Shown piece by piece: positions 1-8,793 of a stretch of DNA of 64,000 nt (the stretch's first letter is position 1; every line of letters starts with the position of its first letter). The stretch is from contig DASRBY010000029.1 in NCBI GenBank assembly GCA_035653435.1, forward strand, positions 79,979-143,978, in the 5' to 3' direction. Below the pieces are notes generated by a model that made no database searches, was not told the DNA's origin, and saw only the letters and a list, made by a program, of their open reading frames with translations. Made by a program: the position numbers and the translations under genes. The DNA comes from Gaiellaceae bacterium (lineage in GTDB: Bacteria; Actinomycetota; Thermoleophilia; Gaiellales; Gaiellaceae).

Positions 1-1155
1 GCTGCCGTCAACCTGCTCGAGCGCGGGGTCGCCCTCCTGTCACGGACGAGCGACTCGCGCGGCTACGTCCTCCTCGACCTCGCGATCGCCCTCATGCGCT
101 CCGGCGCCTTCGCGGCGGCGGAGGGCGTGCTGGAGGAGGCCATCACGCTGGCGCGGGCCGGCGGCGACCGGCGGCTCGAGCTGCGCGCGCTCATCGAGCG
201 AGAGTTCTTCCGGATCTTCACGAACGCGGGAACGTCGGCCGAGCAGATCACGCGAGTCGCCCAGAACGCGATCCCCGCCCTCGAGGAGCTCGGCGACGAC
301 GCCGGGCTGGCTAAGGCGTGGCACTTGCTGAGCGAGGCTCCGGTCGACGCGTGCCGGTGGGGCGAGCGAGCGGACTCGCTGGATCACGCGCTCGAGCATG
401 CACGGCGCGCAGGGGACACTCGCGAAGCCGCCTTCGTCGCCGGGTCGCTGCTGCAGGCATTCGTGCTCGGCCCGACGCCGGTCGACGAGGCGATCGGTCG
501 AGCGCGTCTCTTCCTGGCGGAGAGCCACGGCGACCGGCTGCTCACCGCCTCGATCCTCAGCTCCCTCGCGGTGCTGCTCGCCATGCGCGGCGAGTTCGGG
601 GAAGCGCGGGCGCAATGGGCGCGGGCGCGTGCGCTCTGGGAGGAGCTGGGAATGGCGGCCCGCCGCGCGCTCCGGTCGATCGACGCCTCGACGATCGAGC
701 TCCTGGCCGGAGACGCCGAGGCCGCCGAGCGCGAGCTCCGGACCGGCTTCCGCATGTACGAGGAGATCGGCGACGTGCACCTCCGGCCGACCATCGCCGC
801 CTACCTCGCGGCCACGCTCGCACAGGAGGGCCGATCCACCGAGGCAGAGGAGTTCGCCCAGTTCGCCCGGTCGCACGCCTGGGAGGACGACATCGTCACA
901 CAGGTGATGTGGCGCGTTGCAAAGGCCCAGATCCCGGCACCGGCAGGGGAGTCGGAGCGACTGGCCCGCCAGGCGATCGAGCTGGCGGCGCCCACCGATT
1001 TCCCCGATCTGCAGGCGACGGCATTGCTCGCTCTGGCGCGCGTCCTCCGGGAGGCGGGATCGCCGGAAGCAGCGAGCGTCGCCGCCGAGGCGGAGGCGGT
1101 CTACAAGCGCAAGGGGAACATCGCGGGCGCAAAGTGGGCGGCGCAGCTCATCTAG
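1..1155 (+). CDS. TPR-like helical-repeat regulatory protein, C-terminal part (5' end lies outside the window)
   Basis: Frame 1 is open from base 1 to the TAG at 1153-1155. The product is all-helical and Ala/Leu/Glu/Arg-rich with repeated helix-pair periodicity, as in the C-terminal TPR regions of large bacterial signalling ATPases and regulators. Codons are GC3-rich. Confidence 0.65.
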   Translation, partial: AAVNLLERGVALLSRTSDSRGYVLLDLAIALMRSGAFAAAEGVLEEAITLARAGGDRRLELRALIEREFFRIFTNAGTSAEQITRVAQNAIPALEELGDDAGLAKAWHLLSEAPVDACRWGERADSLDHALEHARRAGDTREAAFVAGSLLQAFVLGPTPVDEAIGRARLFLAESHGDRLLTASILSSLAVLLAMRGEFGEARAQWARARALWEELGMAARRALRSIDASTIELLAGDAEAAERELRTGFRMYEEIGDVHLRPTIAAYLAATLAQEGRSTEAEEFAQFARSHAWEDDIVTQVMWRVAKAQIPAPAGESERLARQAIELAAPTDFPDLQATALLALARVLREAGSPEAASVAAEAEAVYKRKGNIAGAKWAAQLI

Positions 1156-1201
1156 GCAACGCCCCCACGCAGGAGTAGGGTCTCGCCGGAAAGGAGGTCA
1201 T

Positions 1202-1417
1202 ATGACCAACCTAGGGCGAGGCCCCTGGCAGCCCGGCAGAGGCGAGAGCATCGAAGAGGCGACGAAGCAAGCCTGGGAGAACGCGAAGAAAGGGCACCCC
1301 GCACCCGGATTCGCAGCCGCGAAGGCGCCGGGCGGCACCTACAGGCTCGAGATCTACGTCGAGACGGAAAATCCGATTCGCGGCTACGTCGTCACGCTCG
1401 ACCCGACCGGCCCGTAA
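1202..1417 (+). CDS. small hypothetical protein (71 aa)
   Basis: The ATG at 1202 follows a strong RBS (AAAGGAGG at 1189-1196). It is in frame with ORF 917..1417 and has coding-like codon usage. I recognised no family. Confidence 0.6.
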   Translation: MTNLGRGPWQPGRGESIEEATKQAWENAKKGHPAPGFAAAKAPGGTYRLEIYVETENPIRGYVVTLDPTGP

Positions 1418-1433
1418 CCGAGGTTCGTCGCGC

Positions 1434-2384
1434 CTAGGCCACGAGCGCACGCGCATAGTCGCGCGGGTCGAACGGCTGGAGGTCCTCGAGCGCCTCGCCG
1501 ACGCCCACCAGCTTGACGGGCAGGCCGAGCTCGTAGGCGATCGGGATCGCAACGCCGCCCTTCGCCGAGCCGTCGAGCTTCGTCAGGACGACCCCCGTGA
1601 CGCCGACGGCGTCGCCGAACAGGCGCGCCTGCTGCACGCCGTTCTGGCCGGTCGTGGAGTCGACGACGAGGAGCGTCTCGTGCGGCGCTCCGTCGAGGCG
1701 GCCGGCGAGGACGCGGCGCACCTTCGCGAGCTCCTGCATCAGGTTCGTCTGCGTGTGTAGTCGGCCGGCCGTATCGACGACGACGACGTCGCGGCCGCGA
1801 GCGACGGCCGCCTCGACGGCGTCGTACGCGACCGCCGCGGGATCGGCTCCTCGCTCGGAACCGACGAAGTCGGCGCCGGCCCGTTGCGCCCAGATCTCGA
1901 GCTGCTCCTCCGCCGCCGCGCGGTACGTGTCCGCGGCGGCGACGACGACGGAGCGGCCGTGCTCCGAGAGTCTCGCCGAGAGCTTGCCGATCGTCGTCGT
2001 CTTGCCGGTGCCGTTGACGCCGACGACGAGGATCACGGCGGGCTCGTGGCCGATGTCGAGGACGGGAGGCTCGCCGAAGAGCTCGGTCACTTCCTCCGCG
2101 AGCGCGACGTTCAGATCGGCGAGCTCTCCCCGCGCCTCGAGCCGGCGCACGAGCTCGGCGGTGGCGCGGACGCCCACGTCGCCGGCGATCAGAGCCTCCT
2201 CCAGGCGCTCCCAGTCCGCGTCGTCCCCGGGATCGAAGGACGCAGCCGCAGCGAGCTCGCCGGTCAGCGCGCGGCGCGACTTCGAGAGCGAGTCGCGCAG
2301 CCGCGAGAAGAACCGGCCTCCACTCTCCTCGGGCTCCGCCGCCACCTCCGGCCCGCCCAGCAGCTCCCCCCACGTCCTCGCCAC
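1434..2384 (-). CDS. ftsY: signal recognition particle receptor FtsY
   Basis: SRP GTPase NG-domain motifs are present: GVNGTGKTTTIGKL, DTAGRLH and TKLDGSAKGG. The chosen start is the GTG at 2384, just downstream of the preceding gene's TGA (2387-2389). The longer track ORF to 3095 is an Arg/Pro-rich shadow over the aminopeptidase gene. Confidence 0.9.
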   Translation of the reverse strand: MARTWGELLGGPEVAAEPEESGGRFFSRLRDSLSKSRRALTGELAAAASFDPGDDADWERLEEALIAGDVGVRATAELVRRLEARGELADLNVALAEEVTELFGEPPVLDIGHEPAVILVVGVNGTGKTTTIGKLSARLSEHGRSVVVAAADTYRAAAEEQLEIWAQRAGADFVGSERGADPAAVAYDAVEAAVARGRDVVVVDTAGRLHTQTNLMQELAKVRRVLAGRLDGAPHETLLVVDSTTGQNGVQQARLFGDAVGVTGVVLTKLDGSAKGGVAIPIAYELGLPVKLVGVGEALEDLQPFDPRDYARALVA

Positions 2385-2386
2385 GG

Positions 2387-3571
2387 TCAGGCGGCGAGCT
2401 GCCAGGTCTCCTCGCGGATCAGAGGCAGCTCGGTGCCGTCCGCGAGAACTGCGTCCACCTCGAGGTTCGGGCCGCCCACCATGAAGTCGACGTGGATGTT
2501 CGAGACGTTCATCCCCTCGTCCGGCTCGCCGTCGAAGGAGTACGGAAGCCCGAAGCCGTACGCGATATGGCACGTGGCGTTCTCGTCGTAGAGCGTGTTG
2601 TAGAAGAGCGCGCCGGTCTGGCCGACCCGGGACTCCTTCGTGACGAGCGCCAGCTCGCCGAGCCGGTCCGCGTTCTCGATCGTCGCCAGGTGGGACCGGA
2701 CGACATCTGCTCCCGCCTCGGCCTCCACCCGCACGATCCGCCCGTCCTGGAACGTGAGCTCCAGGCTGCGGATGAGCTGGCCGCCGAGGTTGAACGGCAT
2801 GGTCGAGCGCAGCGTCCCCTCGGCTCGCCGGGAGTCGGGAGTCGTGAAGACCTCCTCGGTCGGCATGTTCGCGACGTAGTCGATCCCGCTCGCGGTGCGG
2901 AAGCGCGCGCTGCCCCACCGTGCGCTCGGGAGGAGGCCGACGGTGAGGTCGGTTCCCGGGCCCCGGTACCGGAGCGCGTCGGGGCGGCGCTCGGAGAGCG
3001 CGGCGGCTCGGGTGTCGAGCTCGTCGAGGTGCTGCCGCCAGGCCTGGACGGGGTCGGGCTCGTCGAGCCGGAAGCAGAACGCCACGAGCTCCCACAGCCG
3101 TTCGACGTCGGGCTCACCGAGGACTTGGCGTGCCCAGCCGGCCGTGGGCGCCCCCACGCCGCACCAGTTGACGCTATTGGCCCGATACTGCTCCCGGGTG
3201 ATCTCGGCTACCTCGATGGCGTTGGCGCGGCCCACACGCCCGCCGTCGAGGTCCGCGAGAAGCTCCGGCTCGGGATTTCCCGACGTCCCCAGCCGGGCGT
3301 TGCCCGCCATCGACCGCGCGAGCGTCTTTTGCCACTCGGGCGAGTAGGTGAGCGCCTCGTCCGGGCCGAGCTCGATCATCGCCCGCTTCACGTGCTGGTC
3401 TTCGTAGGTGACGTTCACGTAGGACGCGCCCGCACGGTACGACTGGCGCGTCAACGCCCGCACGAGCTCGTGGTGCTCGACGAGCCCGCGGACGAAGACC
3501 TGCTGCCCGGGCTGGACGTTCGCGCCGACGCGGACGGCTAGCTCTGCGTACCGCTCGAGGCGTTCGTCCAT
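2387..3571 (-). CDS. aminopeptidase, M29 (AmpS/PepS/aminopeptidase T) family
   Basis: The 394-aa product from the ATG at 3571 (MDERLERYAELAVRVGANVQPGQ...) has the overall M29 thermophilic-metalloprotease pattern through ...CHIAYGFG...NIHVDFM. The upstream part of track ORF 2387..4279 is low-complexity Arg-rich sequence. Confidence 0.85.
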   Translation of the reverse strand: MDERLERYAELAVRVGANVQPGQQVFVRGLVEHHELVRALTRQSYRAGASYVNVTYEDQHVKRAMIELGPDEALTYSPEWQKTLARSMAGNARLGTSGNPEPELLADLDGGRVGRANAIEVAEITREQYRANSVNWCGVGAPTAGWARQVLGEPDVERLWELVAFCFRLDEPDPVQAWRQHLDELDTRAAALSERRPDALRYRGPGTDLTVGLLPSARWGSARFRTASGIDYVANMPTEEVFTTPDSRRAEGTLRSTMPFNLGGQLIRSLELTFQDGRIVRVEAEAGADVVRSHLATIENADRLGELALVTKESRVGQTGALFYNTLYDENATCHIAYGFGLPYSFDGEPDEGMNVSNIHVDFMVGGPNLEVDAVLADGTELPLIREETWQLAA

Positions 3572-3594
3572 CCCCGACGATCCTACGTGGACCG

Positions 3595-4245
3595 TTGCAT
3601 TACGATCGATGGGTGCGCGAGCTGCGGCAAGGCGTCTGGCACTGGCAGACGCCGCACCCGGACTGGGACGACGAGCAGTGGTGGCCCGAGCTCGTGTCGT
3701 CGTACGCGATCGAGCTCGGGGACGACTTCGTGTTGTTCGACCCGCTCTCCGTGCCCGACGAGCTGCGGAAGCGGGCGACGGCCGTCGTCCTGACCGCGCC
3801 GTACCACGAGCGCGACGCGCGGAGTCTCGGCCTGCCGGTCCACACGCCGCCCGCGGACACCTGGGAGGACTGGGTGGAGAAGTTCGGCGTCGACCCGGAC
3901 CGGGTTCGCGGCATGGAGAGCGAGGATCTCGCCTGGCTCCGCGCGGGCGAGAGCGAAGGACAGTTCCACGGCCCCGGAGCCTGGCCGTTCGGGATCGAGG
4001 CCTACGCGGGCCGAGAGGACAACGACCTCGTCCTCTGGGTGCCCGCGGTGAACGCGATCGTGGCCGGCGACTCGCTCTCCGACTTCGGCGGCGGGCTCGG
4101 GATCCAGATGGGCGGCCGCAAGCACCAGACCCCCGACGATGTCGCCAGGAAGCTCCGGCCGCTGCTCGACCTGCCGGTCGAGCTCGTTCTGCCGGCGCAC
4201 GGCGAGCCGACGGATCGCGCGGCTCTGGAAGCGGCTCTCGCTTAA
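3595..4245 (+). CDS. MBL-fold-like hydrolase family protein (degenerate metal motif), function unknown
   Basis: This 216-aa ORF starts at the TTG at 3595, with an alternative GTG at 3613. The C-terminal ...VLPAHGEP... and overall layout resemble metallo-beta-lactamase-fold proteins, but the HxHxDH position reads APYHERDA. It is divergent from the aminopeptidase gene. Confidence 0.5.
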   Translation: MHYDRWVRELRQGVWHWQTPHPDWDDEQWWPELVSSYAIELGDDFVLFDPLSVPDELRKRATAVVLTAPYHERDARSLGLPVHTPPADTWEDWVEKFGVDPDRVRGMESEDLAWLRAGESEGQFHGPGAWPFGIEAYAGREDNDLVLWVPAVNAIVAGDSLSDFGGGLGIQMGGRKHQTPDDVARKLRPLLDLPVELVLPAHGEPTDRAALEAALA

Positions 4246-4247
4246 CC

Positions 4248-6770
4248 CTAGGCGGCGCTCGCCGCCTCCGCCTCGTCACGCGGGAGGCGGCGCGAGACGA
4301 CCTGCGACACGCCCTCGCCGCCCATCGTCACGCCGTAGAGCACGTCGGCCGCTTCCATCGTCCGCTTCTGATGCGTGATCACCACGAACTGCGCCCGGTC
4401 GGAATAACGGCGCAGGAGCTCGACGAAGCGGCCGATGTTCGTGTCGTCGAGCGCGGCTTCGACCTCGTCGAGGAGGTAGAACGGGCACGGCCGGGCGAGG
4501 AAGAGCGCGAAGACGAAGGCGATCGCGCCGAGCGCCTTCTCGCCGCCGGAGAGGAGCGAGAGCCGCCGCACGCGCTTCCCGGCCGGACGCAGCTCGACCT
4601 CGACACCCGCTTCCTCTTCGTCTTCCTCGGCCTCGGTCAGCCTCAGCCGCCCTTCGCCGCCGGGGAAGAGGGTCGAGGTCACCTCCGCGAAATGTCTCTC
4701 GACCGCGTCGAAGGTCTCAGCGAAGCGCCGTTCGACCGTCTCCGTCAGCTCGGCGCTGAGCTTCTGGAGCTCCGCGAGGCTGGCCTCGAGGTCGGCGCGC
4801 TGCGCGACGAGCTCCTCCAGGCGCTCCTTCTCGGCGTGGTACTCCTCGTGCGCGAGCGGGTTCACCTGGCCGAGCGTCTCGCGCCGCCGCTCGAGCCGCT
4901 CGACGGTTGCGAGGAGCTGGTCGCGATCGTCGCCCTCCGCGGGCTCGTCCGCGTTCGCGCTCTCGAGACGCCTGCGCGCCTCGTCGGCCTCGGCCTCGAC
5001 CCGCGCGGCCTCGACCTCGACGGCCGACACGGCCTCCGAGGCGGCAGCGAGCTCCTGCCGCAGCTCGACCTCGGCGGCGCCGAGCCGCCGCAGCTCGGTG
5101 CCGAGCTCGCCGCTGCGTGCAGCACCGGCGTCCACCTCGGCGCGAAGCGGCGCCTCGAAGTGCGCCGTTGCCACCTCGAGCGCGCCCACGAGCCGCTCGG
5201 CGAGCTGCAGGCTGCGGTCCGTGACCGGATTCCGCTCGAGCGAGTAGGCGTCATCCGGAATCGGAGCCTCGAGTCGCGCCCGAAGCTCGTCCAGCTCCGT
5301 CGCGAGCGACCGGCGGCGCGCCTGCAGCTCGAGCAGCAGCGCCTCGGCCGTCTCCCCGGCGAACCAGAGCTCGCCGCGCTCGGGGTCGTACCCGAAGCCC
5401 TCGGGTGTGACCGCCGGCCCCGACGACGCGAGCAGCTTCTCCTTGGGGACGACGGGCATCCGGGCGACGAGTTGCGCCGGATCTCTCCCCACGAGGACGA
5501 CGAGGCTGCCGAGGCCGGCGTCGCGCGCCCGCTCGAGCAACGCGAGCGCTCCGGCGTGGTCGTCGCGCACCACGGCAGAGGCCGAGCGGCCGAGCGCGGC
5601 CGCGGCTGCCCGCTCGCCGCCCGGCTCGACCTCGATCAGGGAGAAGGCGATCCGCTCGCCCTCCTCCGCCAGCGCGCGAGCAGCGGGCGGGAGCCCCTCC
5701 TGCTCCGCCAGCACCCGGTCGAGCGTCCGCAGGCGTTCCTCGACCAGGCGAATCTCGGCCGTCAGGGCAGCCCGCTCGGCGCGGACCCGCTCGTCGAGCA
5801 CGCGCCGCGGGCGAGCGAGCTCGTCCCGGAGGCGAAGGAGGCGCGCCTCGGCCGACTCGCGCCGCAGCTCGAGACGCTCCGCCGCGCTCCTGAGCCGGTA
5901 GAGAGCCTGCAGGGCCTGCTCGCGAGCGCCGGCCGCGTCCGCAAGCTCCTCCTCTGCCCGGCCGCGCTCCGCGAGCAGCGCCTCGAGCCTCTCCTCCACT
6001 CCCTGCCGCCCGCCCCCCGCGGCGCTCCGTCGCGCCACGAGCTCGGCCAGCCGCTCCTCGAGCCCGGCCAGGTCGAGCTGCGCGATGCGCGCGCGGAGCC
6101 TCGCGATCTCAACCGCTAGCTTCTGCGCGCGCTCGGCTGCGGTCGCCTGCAGTGCGAGCGGCCGGAGCCGCTTGCGGACCTCCGCCTCGACGTCGCGGGC
6201 GCGCTCCACCTCGACCGCGACGCGCGCAAGCTTCAGCTCGGCGCGATGCCGGCGCGCCTTGAAGCGCCCGAGGCCCGCCGCCTCCTCGATCAGCGCCCGC
6301 CGCTCGGTCGGCCGCGAGGCGAGGATCGCCTCGACCTTCCCCTGGCTGATGATCGAGTGCATCCCCTGACCGAGCCCGAGATCGGCGAGCAGCTCGACGA
6401 GATCGAGACGCCGGACCGGAGTCCGGTTGACGAGATACTGCCCCTCGCCGCCGCGGTGCAGCCGGCGCGCGACCGAGAGCTCGGCATAGTCCACCGGCAG
6501 GGCGCCGTCGGCGTTGTCGAAGAGGAGCTCCACCTCGCAGTGCTCGGCAGGCCCGCGCGTGCCGCCGCCGGCGAAGAGGACGTCGTCGGGCTTCTCGGCC
6601 CGGAGCTCTGTGGGGCTGAGCGAGCCCGCCGCCCAGCGAATCGCGTCCGAGACGTTGGACTTGCCGGAGCCGTTCGGGCCGACGATCACGCCGACGCCCG
6701 GCTCGAGACGGATCTCGACCGGGTCGGGAAAGGACTTGAAGCCACGCAGCTTGACGGCGCGCAGATGCAC
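4248..6770 (-). CDS. smc: chromosome segregation protein SMC (compact, 840 aa)
   Basis: It has an N-terminal Walker A (GPNGSGKSN), a C-terminal signature and Walker B (LSGGEKALGAIAF...FYLLDEVEAALD), long heptad-rich Ala/Glu/Arg/Leu coiled coils and a short hinge-like segment (IEVEPGGERAAAAALG...). Confidence 0.9.
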   Translation of the reverse strand: MHLRAVKLRGFKSFPDPVEIRLEPGVGVIVGPNGSGKSNVSDAIRWAAGSLSPTELRAEKPDDVLFAGGGTRGPAEHCEVELLFDNADGALPVDYAELSVARRLHRGGEGQYLVNRTPVRRLDLVELLADLGLGQGMHSIISQGKVEAILASRPTERRALIEEAAGLGRFKARRHRAELKLARVAVEVERARDVEAEVRKRLRPLALQATAAERAQKLAVEIARLRARIAQLDLAGLEERLAELVARRSAAGGGRQGVEERLEALLAERGRAEEELADAAGAREQALQALYRLRSAAERLELRRESAEARLLRLRDELARPRRVLDERVRAERAALTAEIRLVEERLRTLDRVLAEQEGLPPAARALAEEGERIAFSLIEVEPGGERAAAAALGRSASAVVRDDHAGALALLERARDAGLGSLVVLVGRDPAQLVARMPVVPKEKLLASSGPAVTPEGFGYDPERGELWFAGETAEALLLELQARRRSLATELDELRARLEAPIPDDAYSLERNPVTDRSLQLAERLVGALEVATAHFEAPLRAEVDAGAARSGELGTELRRLGAAEVELRQELAAASEAVSAVEVEAARVEAEADEARRRLESANADEPAEGDDRDQLLATVERLERRRETLGQVNPLAHEEYHAEKERLEELVAQRADLEASLAELQKLSAELTETVERRFAETFDAVERHFAEVTSTLFPGGEGRLRLTEAEEDEEEAGVEVELRPAGKRVRRLSLLSGGEKALGAIAFVFALFLARPCPFYLLDEVEAALDDTNIGRFVELLRRYSDRAQFVVITHQKRTMEAADVLYGVTMGGEGVSQVVSRRLPRDEAEAASAA

Positions 6771-6800
6771 CGGCGCCGAGACTAACGTCGAGGACGGACG

Positions 6801-6965
6801 CTACTGCCGGTCGTGCTCGTCGTCGGAGCGCGCAAGCGGAGCGTCTTCGTCCGCGTGCTCGTCGTCTGCGAAGATCTCGAGGATCCCACGCGGATCGGGA
6901 TCGACCTCTTCCGTCGCGAGGCGCCGTAGGCGCAGCTCCGAGTTGGTGGGCCGCTTTTCAGCCAT
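6801..6965 (-). CDS. small acidic hypothetical protein (54 aa)
   Basis: ATG at 6965 and TAG at 6801, sitting between the methyltransferase and smc on the same strand. Codon bias is only moderate and I recognised no family. Confidence 0.35.
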   Translation of the reverse strand: MAEKRPTNSELRLRRLATEEVDPDPRGILEIFADDEHADEDAPLARSDDEHDRQ

Positions 6966-7012
6966 GAGGCTGGACAGGATGCCAGAAACGGCCGCAGGGC
7001 CGTAAGGCGCGA

Positions 7013-7813
7013 TCAGCGACGCGTGCCGCTGACGAGGAGGTATTCGCGCTCGTCGAGGTAGCTGCCGTCGGGCTGCCGCCCCGACTCGAAATGCTTCCGG
7101 GCGACGCTCTCGAACTCTTCGCGGCGCTCGGGCTCGAGGTTGTCGAGCATCATCTTGACCGGCCCGAACCTCGGCGCGAAGTACTCCCAGGCATGCTCGG
7201 GAGACTCGTCCGTGAAGCGCGATATGCGTCGCTCGACCGACAGGTCGAATGCGTCGCCGAGCATGCTCCGGACGTGCTCCTCCCGGCCCCACTCGGCCGG
7301 TATCCCTGCGCCCGGCGGAGGCGGCGGTTGGAAGCTGGCGAACACCCTGAACATCTCGCCGACGGTGCCCTCCGGCGTCCAGGCCGAGAACGCGAGGCGG
7401 CCGCCGGGCCTGGTGACGCGGGCGAGCTCGCGCGCCGCGGCCTCGTGGTCGGGAGCGAAGATCATCGCGACCGACGAGACGACCTTGTCGAAGCTCGCGT
7501 CCTCGACGTCGAGGTTCTCGGCATCTCCGACCCGGTATTCGATCTCGTAACCGCCCGCCTGTGCGCGTGCGCGGGCGACCTCGATCAGCCGCGGTGAAAG
7601 GTCGACGCCGGTGACGCGCGCACCCGCGCCTGCTGCCAGCTCGGCGACGTTGCCGGCGCCGCAGCCGACGTCGAGCCAGCGCTCGCCGGGCTGGGGGTCG
7701 AGCGCCTCGATGAGGGCGACGTGCATGTCGCCGATCGAGTCGGCGACCTCCTCGAAGGCGCCAGCCGACCAGACGACGGACTGCATCTGCTTGAGCGCGG
7801 TGAAGTCGGGCAT
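7013..7813 (-). CDS. class I SAM-dependent methyltransferase
   Basis: SAM-binding motif I (WLDVGCGAGNV) is followed by VTGVDLS and GDAENL...FD, the typical Methyltransf_11/25 layout. Confidence 0.85.
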   Translation of the reverse strand: MPDFTALKQMQSVVWSAGAFEEVADSIGDMHVALIEALDPQPGERWLDVGCGAGNVAELAAGAGARVTGVDLSPRLIEVARARAQAGGYEIEYRVGDAENLDVEDASFDKVVSSVAMIFAPDHEAAARELARVTRPGGRLAFSAWTPEGTVGEMFRVFASFQPPPPPGAGIPAEWGREEHVRSMLGDAFDLSVERRISRFTDESPEHAWEYFAPRFGPVKMMLDNLEPERREEFESVARKHFESGRQPDGSYLDEREYLLVSGTRR

Positions 7814-7825
7814 GGGCGGAACCTA

Positions 7826-8515
7826 CTACGTCTCCTCCGCAGCGTCGAGCTTCGCGAGCGCCTCTCGCGCGGCCTCCTGCTCGGCGGCCTTCTTCGTCCG
7901 CCCCTCGCCGCGCCCGAGCTCCTCGCCATCGACGAGGACCGCGCAGGTGAAGCGCCGGTCGTGGGAGGGGCCCTCCGCCGAGATCTCCGCGTAGGCGAGC
8001 TGGTGGCCGCGGGGGAAGAGCAGCTCCTGCAGCTCCGTCTTCGGGTCGACGCGCTCCGTCACGGACTGTTCGATGTGGCGCGAAAAGGCCTCGACGACCG
8101 CCCGCTCGATCGCGGCGAATCCATGCTCGAGGAAGAGCGCGCCGAGCGCCGCCTCGAGCACCGCCCCGATCACGCTGGGCGTCTGCGCCAGCCGCTCGAC
8201 CTCCTCGCGTGCCGGTTCCTCCGGGGCGCGGGCGGCAAGGCGGGCGCCGATGCCGAGCTCCTGCGCCACCTCAGCACACGTGGCGCGCGAGACCACGTGC
8301 GCGCGCGCCTTCGTCAGCTGCCCCTCGAGGAACTCCGGATGACGCTCGAAGAGCGCGTTGCCGACGGCGAGCTCGAGGACGCTGTCGCCGAGGAACTCGA
8401 GTCGCTCGTACGAAGCAGTGCGCTCGCTCGCCCACGACGAGTGGGTGAAGACGGGCTCCGCCAGCTCCGGCGGGAGTGCGTCGATCAGCTGCGCGAGGTC
8501 GGAGTCCGCGGCTAC
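7826..8515 (-). CDS. rnc: ribonuclease III (start codon unresolved; the 5' boundary given is the GTA overlapping the acpP stop)
   Basis: The RNase III signature [15 protein letters not shown] is preceded by FTHSSWASE, and a C-terminal dsRBD ([18 protein letters not shown]) is present. The frame is open from 8758, but the first ATG/GTG/TTG is at 8296, downstream of the catalytic motif. See the findings for more detail. Confidence 0.8.
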   Translation of the reverse strand, partial: VAADSDLAQLIDALPPELAEPVFTHSSWASERTASYERLEFLGDSVLELAVGNALFERHPEFLEGQLTKARAHVVSRATCAEVAQELGIGARLAARAPEEPAREEVERLAQTPSVIGAVLEAALGALFLEHGFAAIERAVVEAFSRHIEQSVTERVDPKTELQELLFPRGHQLAYAEISAEGPSHDRRFTCAVLVDGEELGRGEGRTKKAAEQEAAREALAKLDAAEET

Positions 8516-8757
8516 TGGTGCGAAGCGACGTAGTCGACGGCCTGGCCGACGGTCTGGATCTTCTGCGCGTCCTCGTCCGAGATCTTGATCCCGAACTGGT
8601 CCTCGAGCTCCATGATCAGCTCGACGAGATCGAGGGAGTCGGCGTCGAGGTCCTCCTGGAAGGATGCCTCCTCCGTGATGTCCGCCTCGTCGATCCCGAG
8701 CTGCTCGGTGAGGACCTCCTTGACCCGCTCGTAGACTTCCTCGCGCGACGCTGCCAT
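8512..8757 (-). CDS. acpP: acyl carrier protein
   Basis: An 81-aa acidic protein with the phosphopantetheine attachment motif [12 protein letters not shown]. Confidence 0.95.
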   Translation of the reverse strand: MAASREEVYERVKEVLTEQLGIDEADITEEASFQEDLDADSLDLVELIMELEDQFGIKISDEDAQKIQTVGQAVDYVASHQ

Positions 8758-8793
8758 GTCACCTCGTTGTGTCGGGGCCTGAAAGCGCGCCGA

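Noticed and set aside
3609-6119. 836-aa plus-strand ORF (and several other ORFs of 100-400 aa) overlapping smc
   Set aside because: It lies antisense to a gene with unmistakable SMC motifs. The product is low-complexity and Arg/Gly/Ala/Pro/Leu-rich with no recognisable domain, which is typical of stop-poor shadow frames in very GC-rich DNA.
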